Shown here: one piece after another, positions 9,879 through 19,706 of the stretch
How positions within the stretch are numbered: the stretch's first letter is position 1
Layout: each line of letters begins with the position of its first letter
Origin: Candidatus Heimdallarchaeota archaeon
Lineage (GTDB): Archaea > Asgardarchaeota > Heimdallarchaeia > Heimdallarchaeales > Heimdallarchaeaceae
Direction: 5' to 3'
Assembly (NCBI GenBank): GCA_019057815.1
Contig: JAHLWR010000007.1
Location: 95,386 to 159,385, forward strand
DNA: 64,000 nt
The notes under the pieces: model-generated
What the model was told of the DNA's origin: nothing
Databases searched by the model: none
What the model saw: the letters and a program-made list of their open reading frames with translations, nothing else
Made by a program: the position numbers and the translations under genes

Positions 9879-11135
9879 ATGGGTCACGATTTTGAGTTGG
9901 GAGAATCTTACGCAAAAAAATTAGATAGTGAAGATAAATTAGCTGAATTTAGAGATCATTTCTACATTCCTGAGGGGAGCATTTATTTCAATGGCAATTC
10001 CCTTGGTCTTCTTCCAAAGAATGCTGAAAAATCATTTAACAGAATTCTTTCTGAATGGAAAACTCTCGCTGTTAAAGGTTGGTTAGAAGCTGAAAAGCCT
10101 TGGTTCTTTTTTGCTGAACGTTTAGGAGAACTTTCTGCTCCTTTAGTTGGAGCTGATCCAGCGGAAGTTATAGCAACTGCAACTACCACAGTCAACATCC
10201 ATTCTCTTATTAGCACTTTTTACAAACCAGAAGGAAATAAAACTAAAATTCTTGCTGATGAACTCAATTTTCCTACAGATATCTATGCTCTTCAAAGCCA
10301 GATAAAGCTCAAAGGTTTGGAACCTGATGAGCACTTAATTTTAGTTAAAAGCGACGATGGGAGATTTCTGGATGAGAACAAGATTGTAGAATTCATGAGT
10401 GATGATGTTAATCTTGTTTTTCTCCCTTCTGTTCTTTTCAGAAGCGGACAATTACTTGATATCCCTTTTCTTACAAAGGAAGCTCACAAAAGAGGGATAA
10501 CTATAGGTTTTGATTGCAGTCATTCTGTAGGAGTAATTCCTCATTCTTTTGATGAATGGGATATAGATTTTGCTGTTTGGTGCAGCTATAAACATCTAAA
10601 TTCTGGTCCAGGATCTTCTGCGTTTCTGTATATTAACAAAAGACATTTCAATTTAGAACCTGCACTTACTGGATGGTTTGGATATGTTAAAAGTAAACAA
10701 TTTGACATGAATCTAGATTTTGAACATGCTAAAACTGCTGGAGGGTGGCAAATATCTTCTCCAGGAATTTTAGGTTCAGCACCAATGGAAGGTGCCTTAG
10801 AAGTAACTTTAGAAGCTGGAATAGAAAATATCAGGGAAAAATCCTTGAAGATGACGTCTTATTTAATCTATCTAGTAGAAACACTTCTTGCTGATGAACC
10901 TTACAATTTCACTATAGGTACGCCTAAAGAAGAACATCGTAGAGGGGGACATGTTGCCTTAGAACACAGTCAAGCTTATACAATTCATAAAGAACTAATG
11001 AAAAAATCTGTTGTCCATGATTTTCGACCACCAAATGTTATAAGATTAACCCCTACAGCTCTTTACAACTCTTTTTTGGAAATATGGGAAGTAATATCTT
11101 ATCTTAAAGAGATTATGGATGAAATTAGAATATGA
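9879..11135 (+). CDS. kynU: Kynureninase (PLP-dependent)
   Basis: YFNGNSLGL, NFPTDIYA, FDCSHSVG, WCSYKHLNSGPG, GWFG, RGGHV, DFRPPNVIR motifs. Confidence 0.92.
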   Translation: MGHDFELGESYAKKLDSEDKLAEFRDHFYIPEGSIYFNGNSLGLLPKNAEKSFNRILSEWKTLAVKGWLEAEKPWFFFAERLGELSAPLVGADPAEVIATATTTVNIHSLISTFYKPEGNKTKILADELNFPTDIYALQSQIKLKGLEPDEHLILVKSDDGRFLDENKIVEFMSDDVNLVFLPSVLFRSGQLLDIPFLTKEAHKRGITIGFDCSHSVGVIPHSFDEWDIDFAVWCSYKHLNSGPGSSAFLYINKRHFNLEPALTGWFGYVKSKQFDMNLDFEHAKTAGGWQISSPGILGSAPMEGALEVTLEAGIENIREKSLKMTSYLIYLVETLLADEPYNFTIGTPKEEHRRGGHVALEHSQAYTIHKELMKKSVVHDFRPPNVIRLTPTALYNSFLEIWEVISYLKEIMDEIRI

Positions 11136-11163
11136 TAAATCCTCAGCATAGAAAATATATGTT

Positions 11164-12213
11164 TTAATATATTATTTTCCTCCTTACTACATACTTATCA
11201 TTGTTAGAATGTTTAACTTTTCTTCTAGAACTCTTGAATACTAAAAGAATTACAAAAGCAAAGATAAAAGTGGAAAATTGCCAAGAAGAATCTATAGGGC
11301 ACTCGCATAGCGTATGTACAATACCTTCCACGTACCAAATACTTTCTAATATAGTACAAAGAAGGAAAAAGTTCTTAAATTGTTCATTCCTATTTATATC
11401 TTCGTTATATGTTATTGAAAAACGACATCTTATACAATTTTCACAAACGAACCTATCATTCACAGCACAACTGGATAAAGATATTAATTCTACCTCTAGA
11501 ATCTTTTCTTCAATATATGTTAAATCATTACTTACTCGTTTTCCAAATTGATTAGCTCCATTCCAAGATGAAACATTCGTTAACCATGGAGAAGTAGTTG
11601 AACCATCTAACTTGCTACAAACATAACTTGTTTCATTACTGGTATAATTTGTATAACTTGTGAAGATTGACAGGTAAGTAATAACGTTATGACTTAAGGA
11701 ATTCCATATAGCTATTTCAGCAATATCAAAAACATGGAAGGAAGCATTATCCAAATACCAGAAAGTCTTATTGTTGGATAAAGTATCAGAAATGAGTGTA
11801 GTGATAATATTCTTAGCTTCGCTAATCTCAGTTACTAAAATAAAACAAAGTTCTCCAGGAAGATAAGAAGAATTAATGGAATATAAAGAAATTTCCTCAA
11901 TGTTTTCTATTGATTCTACTGCATTTTTGAGATCACCTTGTAATAGCTGAATTAAATCAGAATTCACTTCCCAATTATCTGATGTGTCATTAAATCTTAG
12001 AACCTGAGCTGTGATATTCCCCCGTGTCTCATTATTTAGACTCAAATCCAGAAGATTATACAAGGGGTAATTTTGATTACTAGGATTGACTCTTTCATCA
12101 CTAGTATAATAACTGTATAATATTGGTACCAGAATTGCTACAAGTAGTAATATAGATATTAGAGCCATTATTATTTTCTTGTTTTTATAGAACAACAAAT
12201 ATTTTTCACCCAA
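11164..12213 (-). CDS. Hypothetical membrane protein (N- and C-terminal TM helices, Cys-containing ectodomain)
   Basis: 349-aa ORF with hydrophobic segments at both ends and a basic tail. No family recognised. Confidence 0.6.
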   Translation of the reverse strand: MGEKYLLFYKNKKIIMALISILLLVAILVPILYSYYTSDERVNPSNQNYPLYNLLDLSLNNETRGNITAQVLRFNDTSDNWEVNSDLIQLLQGDLKNAVESIENIEEISLYSINSSYLPGELCFILVTEISEAKNIITTLISDTLSNNKTFWYLDNASFHVFDIAEIAIWNSLSHNVITYLSIFTSYTNYTSNETSYVCSKLDGSTTSPWLTNVSSWNGANQFGKRVSNDLTYIEEKILEVELISLSSCAVNDRFVCENCIRCRFSITYNEDINRNEQFKNFFLLCTILESIWYVEGIVHTLCECPIDSSWQFSTFIFAFVILLVFKSSRRKVKHSNNDKYVVRRKIIY

Positions 12214-12314
12214 CTAGATAAAGACCTTGAGCTAAATTATAATGTTATAAATTCTTTCAACTATCTTTTGATTAAATCTATTATTTTGCAGTAATAAACA
12301 TTATGCTTTTTTCT

Positions 12315-12458
12315 CCCAGTTGTTAACTCCACCTACATTGGTGATAGTTAAATAAGAGAGGTTATCATGGGTATGTGAACAAACATAAACCCAAATAGTA
12401 ACCGATACTCTTTCTCCCTTAGAGGATACCTAAGTCCTCTCTGACTAGTTTTGGGTCA
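12315..12458. ncRNA. Candidate structured RNA or cis-element (3-4 consecutive hairpins), family unknown
   Basis: Complementary arms at 12323-28/12346-51 with 12330-33/12340-43; 12354-58/12408-12, 12360-64/12399-403, 12368-72/12389-93 and 12373-76/12383-86; 12421-26/12435-40; 12442-45/12455-58. More GC-rich than the flanking intergenic DNA. Confidence 0.3.
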
Positions 12459-12524
12459 TGCTTCGTTCTATTAAATTGTAAACATTTATTTAGCCATGCA
12501 TTTCTTTAAAGTGTAAGGATTATA

Positions 12525-13493
12525 ATGATAGCTATAGAAATGGAGGGTTTAACTAAAGATTTCGGTGCTCTTCGTGCTGTTAATGATTTAGATATAGTAA
12601 TAGAAGAGTCAGCGATTTTTAGCTTGCTCGGACCCAACGGGGCTGGAAAAACGACAACAGTAAGAATGCTCACTGGTTTATTACGTCCTACAATAGGTGG
12701 GGCAAAAGTTTTAGGTTTAGACATATCGGAAAATCTACAAGAAATCAGAAGTCGAGTAGGTCATCTCACTGAAACACCAGCACTTTATGAGCGTTTAACT
12801 GTTAGACAGAACCTAGACTTTTTTGCTAATCTTTACAAAGTTCCAAAAACTGAAATCAAATCAAGAATAGAAGAAATTGTTGATCTATTTGAGTTACCTG
12901 AAAAGCTAGACGAACCGGCAGGATCACTATCAAAGGGCATGAAGCAAAAAATTGCTATAGCACGTGCAATGTTTCATAAACCTGAGTTAATTTTTCTAGA
13001 TGAACCTACTGCTTCATTGTCTCCTGAATCAGCAAAAGTAGTAAGAGAACAGATTATTAAACTAGCTAAGAAAGAGAAGAGAACCTTTTTCATTTGTACT
13101 CATAATTTGTTTGAAGCAGAGAGACTTTCTACGAGGGTGGGTATAATAAATCATGGAATACTTATTGCGCAAGGATCTCCAGCAGAACTACGAGAAATGC
13201 GAAAAGACGAAACTGTAACTATTATTAGATTTGCTACTTGGGAAAGCAGAATAAAAGAATTTTTTGAAGACATGAATATTGAGATTTTTGAGTATAATCA
13301 AGACAAAAAATATGTTTCAGTTTTTATCAAAGATATCGAAAAACAAACCCCTAGCATTATTAATTCGTTAACTAAGAACAACTTTCAATTAGTTGAGGTA
13401 AAGCACGAATTTCCATCTTTGGAAAGGATATATTTAGAACTGATCGAATTGGAAGGGGTTCCTCGTGGTGAAAATAATATGGAGGAGAGCTAA
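12525..13493 (+). CDS. ABC-2 type transporter ATP-binding protein
   Basis: GPNGAGKTT Walker A, LSKGMKQK signature, FLDEPT, CTH. Confidence 0.93.
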   Translation: MIAIEMEGLTKDFGALRAVNDLDIVIEESAIFSLLGPNGAGKTTTVRMLTGLLRPTIGGAKVLGLDISENLQEIRSRVGHLTETPALYERLTVRQNLDFFANLYKVPKTEIKSRIEEIVDLFELPEKLDEPAGSLSKGMKQKIAIARAMFHKPELIFLDEPTASLSPESAKVVREQIIKLAKKEKRTFFICTHNLFEAERLSTRVGIINHGILIAQGSPAELREMRKDETVTIIRFATWESRIKEFFEDMNIEIFEYNQDKKYVSVFIKDIEKQTPSIINSLTKNNFQLVEVKHEFPSLERIYLELIELEGVPRGENNMEES

Positions 13494-14315
13494 ATGGATT
13501 GGGGAAGAGTAAAAACTTTAGCGAGAAAAGATCTTCGCGAGATGTTCAAATCAAAATACATTGTATCAGCAGTTATTGGAATGCCAATTCTATTTGCGAT
13601 ATTAATTCCCTTAAGTACACTATATCCACTTGTTGTTATCGATTCAAGCGATTTTGAGGGAGATGAGGAACTTCCTGTTTCCATAACAAATTTACTCTCA
13701 CGAATAGTTCCGAATTGGGATGATGTTGGAACAAAAGGTCAAATATTAATAATGACGGCTTACTTAATGTACATTATAGTTCTTTTGATACCTATTATTT
13801 TACCAGCTGTTACAGCGTCTGAAACGATTATAGGAGAGAAAGAAAGAAAAACAATGGAAGCTTTGCTAGTTTCACCTTTATCTGAAACAGAACTAGTAAC
13901 AGGAAAGATTCTATCTTCATTCATCCCCTCAATTGCAGGAACTGCTTTTGCAGCGCTTATTTATGGTATAATTACAAATATCCTTATCTATCCATATATT
14001 GATACAATTCTATTTCTTGATACATTACCAATAGTTTTTCTTTTTATAATTGCACCTCTGTTGTCAATCTTATCAGTAGAACTGATGATATTGATTTCCA
14101 CAAGAGTAACAAGTGTAAGAGACGCATATCAATTAGGTTCGTTAGTTGTTTTACCTTTAGTCATGCTAATAGTCGGAGTAGTTGTTGCTTACATTTTTAT
14201 CTCAGTATATGCATTGATAGCTGCGGTAGCAATATTGCTTATATTGTGTGCAATATTTTTCAAAATAGCTACAAATATATTTGATAGAGAAAGAGCAATA
14301 GTGAAACTAGTTTAG
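13494..14315 (+). CDS. ABC-2 type transporter permease
   Basis: Multiple TM helices, GEKERKTMEALLVSP...GK motif, directly adjacent to the ATPase. Confidence 0.9.
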   Translation: MDWGRVKTLARKDLREMFKSKYIVSAVIGMPILFAILIPLSTLYPLVVIDSSDFEGDEELPVSITNLLSRIVPNWDDVGTKGQILIMTAYLMYIIVLLIPIILPAVTASETIIGEKERKTMEALLVSPLSETELVTGKILSSFIPSIAGTAFAALIYGIITNILIYPYIDTILFLDTLPIVFLFIIAPLLSILSVELMILISTRVTSVRDAYQLGSLVVLPLVMLIVGVVVAYIFISVYALIAAVAILLILCAIFFKIATNIFDRERAIVKLV

Positions 14316-14324
14316 CTCCCTTTT

Positions 14325-14855
14325 CTACCATTTATTGTAATGTATCCTTTCTTCTTCGAATCTATCAGCTGGTGGCTTCTCTTCGTCTGGATGACCTATA
14401 GGTATAACATTCAAAGGAATAATATGGTCTGGTAAATGTAACAACTCACGAACATTTTTAACCATTTCCTCATTAGGATAAATTCCGCACCATACAGCTC
14501 CTAGTCTTTTTGCATGAACAGCTAATAGTATGTTTTGCGTGGCTGCTGAACAGTCTTGTACCCAGTAACCTCTTTGTATATCTCCTCTTGGTTTATCCTT
14601 TTCCATATCTCCGCAAACAACTATAGCAACAGGAGACTGCAAAATCATTTGAGTATATTTATGGAATTGAGGAAATTTATCTAGTATTTTTCTCTTAGTA
14701 ATTACAACAAATGCCCATGTTTGTCTATTCGCTGCTGATGGAGCACTCATAGCAGCTTCAAGAATTTCTATTATATCTTGCTTGTCAATCTTTTCATTGG
14801 TAAATTTCCTTATACTTCGTCTTCCTTTAATAAAATCCATTTTATCACCAGTCAA
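14325..14855 (-). CDS. Nitroreductase family protein
   Basis: RRSIRKF, APSAANRQTW, DCSAATQNILL, LGAVW, IPIGHP. Confidence 0.93.
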   Translation of the reverse strand: MTGDKMDFIKGRRSIRKFTNEKIDKQDIIEILEAAMSAPSAANRQTWAFVVITKRKILDKFPQFHKYTQMILQSPVAIVVCGDMEKDKPRGDIQRGYWVQDCSAATQNILLAVHAKRLGAVWCGIYPNEEMVKNVRELLHLPDHIIPLNVIPIGHPDEEKPPADRFEEERIHYNKW

Positions 14856-14935
14856 ATATTCGCTATATCAGTTTTAAATTTTTCTGGGCTTATCCAAAGC
14901 AAAAGTTTCAATAACTTCAGTATTTATCTTATCTT

Positions 14936-15850
14936 ATGGAATTAGGACTTTCTATTCCCATCAAGATGAAACTTGAACAACAAGTAGATTACACAAAGAG
15001 AGCACAAGAAATTGGTATTAACCATATCTGGGTAGGAGACAACCCTCCAATCAACAATGCTTTTCTCACAATTGCCCAGCTTGCATGTAAAGTTAAAGAA
15101 ATAGAGTTCTGGACAGGAATCACTTCACCTTTCTATTATATCCCTGAAGTACTAATTGCACAAAGTAGAGATTTATCTTATAACTACCAGAATAGATTCG
15201 GTTTAGCTCTAGGAATTGGAAACAGTCAACTTTTTAGCACTAAAAATGGTTTATTCCAATCTTTTGTCAATAAAATTGGAATCCTTAATAAATTGAGAGA
15301 AGAGCACAATATCAAACATGAGATAAATTTTCCATTAGGTATTGGAGGGTTAGGAAATAAAATGTGTAAATTTGCCCTAAATTCTTCTGATATACTACTA
15401 TTAAATAGTACATCTGAACATGATTTAGACAGAATAGGCAAAATCTTTGCAGAACTTGAAGGTGTTCAAAAAGAAGAATGTAAGATTTATACCTATGGTA
15501 TGTTTCAAGTATTAAAAGAAAATACAGAAATTTCTTTAACAACATGGAACATCACAAAGGATATTGCCAAAGGGTGCTCAAATTCTATTCTCAAATCTCA
15601 TGAATATAGTAGTGCAATGATCTCAAAAATCCGTGACTTGCCTTGGGAAAGAATGAACAATATCCCTAAAGGAGAGCTAAAAGAAATAGTATATGATTAT
15701 GCTATTGTTGGTGAAGAAGAACAAATACTAGAAAAAATAGATTCTCTAGTATTGAATAGAAATAATTGCAATATGAAAGGTTTAGTTTTAGGATGGATAT
15801 ACTCTGAAGATCAATGGGATTTCATAAAAAAAATAAGAAAAAAAGTGTAG
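14936..15850 (+). CDS. Luciferase-like (LLM) flavin/F420-dependent oxidoreductase, divergent
   Basis: GINHIWVGD, TGITSPF, RFGLALGIG, GGLGNKM resemble Mer/LLM TIM-barrel motifs. Confidence 0.65.
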   Translation: MELGLSIPIKMKLEQQVDYTKRAQEIGINHIWVGDNPPINNAFLTIAQLACKVKEIEFWTGITSPFYYIPEVLIAQSRDLSYNYQNRFGLALGIGNSQLFSTKNGLFQSFVNKIGILNKLREEHNIKHEINFPLGIGGLGNKMCKFALNSSDILLLNSTSEHDLDRIGKIFAELEGVQKEECKIYTYGMFQVLKENTEISLTTWNITKDIAKGCSNSILKSHEYSSAMISKIRDLPWERMNNIPKGELKEIVYDYAIVGEEEQILEKIDSLVLNRNNCNMKGLVLGWIYSEDQWDFIKKIRKKV

Positions 15851-15860
15851 GGTTATCCAC

Positions 15861-17393
15861 TTAGTCCTCTTCTTCATCAGGTATTTGATCTATTTCATCA
15901 GGTATTTGATCTATTTCATCAGGTATTTGATCTATTTCATCAGGTATTTGATCTATTTCATCAGGTAAGTATGTTTCTTTCTCTTCTTTCTCTTTGAAAA
16001 TTCTGCTTTTTACATTATTAAACATAGTAACAGTTTTATCGTAGTTATTTTTCGATTGTTTCTTTACAAAGGAAATAAAAGAATTTGTACCTTTCTTCAG
16101 ACCCTGATAAGCTTTAATCGAATACTCCTTAAAGCTTTGATAGTTTTTCTTAGAAAACTCTTTCACACTTTCCCAGAAATCAGCGAAACTGAACGCTTTA
16201 AAATGATTTAAGAAATCATGGAGAAAATTGACCTCATCATTTAATTCTATTGCATTTATAATTTCATCAAATAACTCTGAGGTTAGAGTATCTTTTGAAG
16301 GAGCTACTACCAATTTTTCGTCATTTAGCTTGAGTTGCGGAAAATTACCTATAGACATCGAGAGTTTAAATGTCCCTCTTTTCTTAATTTTGAGCATTTT
16401 GATTGCGTTCTTAACTTTAATACCATCACTTGATGATAACTCTTTTATTGCGTTTATTTGATCAAGTTTTTTGGCCAACGAAGTGGTGTTTACTTTAATA
16501 GTTTGAACAATTTCTGATAATTTGTTTTTGTTAGTGTTAAACAGTTTATCCAAATCTTTTACATTCTTTAAGAAGTCTTTAGAATACCCTTTCCTTGGTA
16601 CTGTAATCTTTAATGTACGCATTTCTTCCAATCTGGAAGTAGATTTTTCTACGAAATCGTTTCCCTTAATAACTAATTCACTTGTTTGCTTCGCATCTAA
16701 AGCTTTATTGATAACTTCACCAATCTCTATCAATTTACTTGATTCTACTTTCAACAATTCCATTTTACATGTTCGAAGAATTAAACTGTACTCTCCTACT
16801 TCAATTTCTATATCTATAATTCTCTCTTCCAGATATGAATATAAATCTGTAACATCAAATGATCCACTTATTAGCTTTTCATAATCATCCCTCAACTCAT
16901 TTATTCTTCCACTTATTTCTGATATTGAATCGCTGTAAATTTGACTTTTTTCTAATATTTCTTTGAAAGATAAATCTTTTAGAAATGCTAATTTTGCTTG
17001 AATATCATCCTTTATTCTAGGAACCATGCTTTCGATGTGTTGTTTCCTTTTAGCCATTAGTAATGTATCTAAGCGATGAGAATCTTTTCCTAGTTTATCA
17101 GATGTTAGAAAAACTCTTTGGTACAATTTGTAAACAAGTTCATTCAATAGAAGATCATTAATGTATTTGTTCGTTAACTTCTCTAATTCCTTAACCAAAG
17201 GTTGAATATTTGCAATATGTTCAAGATTCTTAAGATAATGAGACTTTACTTCTTCATAGCTATATTTCCTGCTGTTCTTATAAATTTCTAGAGTTGTTTC
17301 AAAATCATACTCAATTGCTCTCATTAGTATTTCTGAATCTTGCTTTATTTCCTTCAACTTTTTTGGAAAGGGTCTAAGTGTACCAGGTATCAA
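15861..17393 (-). CDS. Hypothetical coiled-coil protein with an acidic C-terminal (PDEIDQI)n repeat
   Basis: 510-aa helical K/E/L-rich ORF with a TTG start and a repeat tail. Confidence 0.7.
   Translation of the reverse strand: MIPGTLRPFPKKLKEIKQDSEILMRAIEYDFETTLEIYKNSRKYSYEEVKSHYLKNLEHIANIQPLVKELEKLTNKYINDLLLNELVYKLYQRVFLTSDKLGKDSHRLDTLLMAKRKQHIESMVPRIKDDIQAKLAFLKDLSFKEILEKSQIYSDSISEISGRINELRDDYEKLISGSFDVTDLYSYLEERIIDIEIEVGEYSLILRTCKMELLKVESSKLIEIGEVINKALDAKQTSELVIKGNDFVEKSTSRLEEMRTLKITVPRKGYSKDFLKNVKDLDKLFNTNKNKLSEIVQTIKVNTTSLAKKLDQINAIKELSSSDGIKVKNAIKMLKIKKRGTFKLSMSIGNFPQLKLNDEKLVVAPSKDTLTSELFDEIINAIELNDEVNFLHDFLNHFKAFSFADFWESVKEFSKKNYQSFKEYSIKAYQGLKKGTNSFISFVKKQSKNNYDKTVTMFNNVKSRIFKEKEEKETYLPDEIDQIPDEIDQIPDEIDQIPDEIDQIPDEEED
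15873..15967. repeat. Perfect 21-bp tandem repeat, 4.5 copies (TTCATCAGGTATTTGATCTAT)
   Basis: Read directly from the sequence. In frame on the minus strand it encodes PDEIDQI. Confidence 0.97.
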
Positions 17394-17558
17394 ACTTTTT
17401 CACTAAAAAAATTATATTATTAGAACTATAATAAATATTTCCCAATCAATCGCAAATTAGGACATTATTTTTGTTCGAAGAGCGACTTCTTAATTCTTCT
17501 AGTTTTACTAAAGCATAACAATTTATTAAGAGAAAAAAAAACTTATTTTAGCGTTAAT

Positions 17559-19706
17559 CTATTCTTCAGCTTCTATCTCTATTTCTGTTGGTGATTCATA
17601 GAAGTTTATTTTACTTCCAGTCGATGTTTTTTCTACTGTTATCGTTGGTGTTCTTAAGTCTCTGCGAATGTTTGTATGGGTTATTAGGAAAATCTGAGTG
17701 AATTTCTTTTCTGCAACTAAACCTTCAACAACTTTCGAACGACGGTGTTCATCTAAAGACCCTAATGGCTCGTCTAGAATTAAAATGTCCATTTGTGGAG
17801 GGTTATATGGGGAGCTTTTGAGAGGTTTGATTCGTTTTAAAAGATCACAGAGTCCTATTCTCATACCTAGACCTATTGCTGCTCTATCTCCCCCTGAAAG
17901 CAGATTCTGACTTTTGATGAAACCATCTACTTCATCTTTTATACTCATATTCAAAGTTTTTACTTTTGTTGCTTCTAGATAAAGTTGTGAATATTGCCCT
18001 CTTGTAAAATTATATATGTAGTCACTTGTTGAATCTTGAATTCCAGCTAACAATCTGTTAGATATTATATCTTCAACAATGAAACCTTCTACATACTTTT
18101 CTACTGATTTCAATAGACTTATTTCACTTCTAATCTTTTCACTTTCTTTCTCTTTTTTCTTGTTAGATTCTATTTGATCCTCTAATTTCAATATTTGTTG
18201 ATTCTTTTCCTTAATTTCTCTAATGTTTCTTTCTTTATTGGTTTCTACATTGCTTTTTTCTCTATCAAGTTCAACTATTTTACTATACAAATCGTCAAAC
18301 TTTTCTAGATTGTACTTCTTTGCAATATCTTTAACTTCAGAAACACCAAATTTCTTTACTTTAGTAGTTAATTCCGTAGAAAGAATGTTTGTGTCTTTAA
18401 GTAAATTCTCATAATCATGAAAAATAGTTTCTAAACGTGTTATTTCATCTCTTATATCTCTTAAGGTTCTGGTTTTCTGTTTTATAGAATCTACATCGAT
18501 ATCCAGAGCTTTAATTTTCTTGTTTCTTTGTTGGATGCCTTCTTTTAGTGTAGGAATGTCTCTACTAGCTCTGCTAATTAAATCATCCCTACGTTCATTA
18601 TTGATTTCTTGTTCACACACATCACATCTTGCCATTTCTTCAGTACTGGAAAATCTTTCAAGACTCTCTTTTCGTTTCTCTAGTATATCGAGTTCTTTCC
18701 CTTTCTCTGCAATTTCTTCTAGTATTTTTTTCTGTTTTTTTTGGATATTGGTTGTTTCTTCTTCTAATTTTACAGTTTCAGTATCAATTTGTGCTAATTT
18801 TTGATTAACTTTCTTTTCAGATATTGGTAGCTCAATACCATATTTACCCGCAATTGTTTCAACAATCCCTAATTTAGAAGATATTCTCCCATTTTGTGTA
18901 TCTATATTGTCTACTATTTTTTGTATGTCTTGAACTTCTTTTAAATCAGGATATTGCTCGATTTCTTCATCCAATTCTACGATTTTTCCCTCTAATATCT
19001 TTGTATTTTCTTTAACTTCAGCTATTTTAGCTTTTAAATCTTGAATTTCTTCTGTAATATCTTCAGTTGTTCGTTTGACTATATAATCCGTTAAATCATC
19101 TTCTAATGTATTAACATGTTTTTTTACTACTATATTCACTCGATCCTTATAATAATCCAAGCTAAAAAGCTCATAAATTATATCCCTGAGCTCTGCTCCT
19201 TTTGCTTCTGCAAGTTGTTGAATCTGACCTTGTCTAACTATAAGAGTGTTTAGAGCACTGGTTCGATTTATATTAAACAAAGAATTGATTTTAGCTTCAA
19301 CATCAATAACACCTTCCGCAACTAGTCTTATTGGATTTTCAGATATTCCTTGCAAAGCTTCCTTTTCATCAAGTTCCGATAACTTTGCATTCACAGGCTT
19401 CTTTTTACCGTGCTCTCTCTGGATAAGATAATAGTGATTATTTATCTCAAAAGCGACTTCTACGTCTGTTTCAGACCTACCATAATGTATTAAATCATCT
19501 TTAATACCTATTTCTTTTGATTTAGCAGCATCATAAAAAAACGCATAGAATATTGCATCAAACAAACTAGATTTACCAGTTGAATTATTACCTTCAACAA
19601 AAATCAATCCGTCGGGAAAAATCCCCTCTTCTGGAAGCTGTAACGTTTTGAAACATTTGAAATTTCTTAAATTAATCCACAATATTCGCATTTTATCACC
19701 TATCAA
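17559..19706 (-). CDS. rad50: DNA double-strand break repair ATPase Rad50/SbcC (probable start ATG 19691)
   Basis: LRNFKC, GNNSTGKSS Walker A, Q-loop RQGQI, coiled coil with central CDVC zinc hook, LSGG, ILILDEP, ITH. GGTGA RBS precedes ATG 19691. Confidence 0.92.
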   Translation of the reverse strand: MIGDKMRILWINLRNFKCFKTLQLPEEGIFPDGLIFVEGNNSTGKSSLFDAIFYAFFYDAAKSKEIGIKDDLIHYGRSETDVEVAFEINNHYYLIQREHGKKKPVNAKLSELDEKEALQGISENPIRLVAEGVIDVEAKINSLFNINRTSALNTLIVRQGQIQQLAEAKGAELRDIIYELFSLDYYKDRVNIVVKKHVNTLEDDLTDYIVKRTTEDITEEIQDLKAKIAEVKENTKILEGKIVELDEEIEQYPDLKEVQDIQKIVDNIDTQNGRISSKLGIVETIAGKYGIELPISEKKVNQKLAQIDTETVKLEEETTNIQKKQKKILEEIAEKGKELDILEKRKESLERFSSTEEMARCDVCEQEINNERRDDLISRASRDIPTLKEGIQQRNKKIKALDIDVDSIKQKTRTLRDIRDEITRLETIFHDYENLLKDTNILSTELTTKVKKFGVSEVKDIAKKYNLEKFDDLYSKIVELDREKSNVETNKERNIREIKEKNQQILKLEDQIESNKKKEKESEKIRSEISLLKSVEKYVEGFIVEDIISNRLLAGIQDSTSDYIYNFTRGQYSQLYLEATKVKTLNMSIKDEVDGFIKSQNLLSGGDRAAIGLGMRIGLCDLLKRIKPLKSSPYNPPQMDILILDEPLGSLDEHRRSKVVEGLVAEKKFTQIFLITHTNIRRDLRTPTITVEKTSTGSKINFYESPTEIEIEAEE

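Noticed and set aside
15873-15967. CRISPR array
   Set aside because: Repeats are contiguous with no spacers, lie in frame within a CDS, and there are no cas genes.
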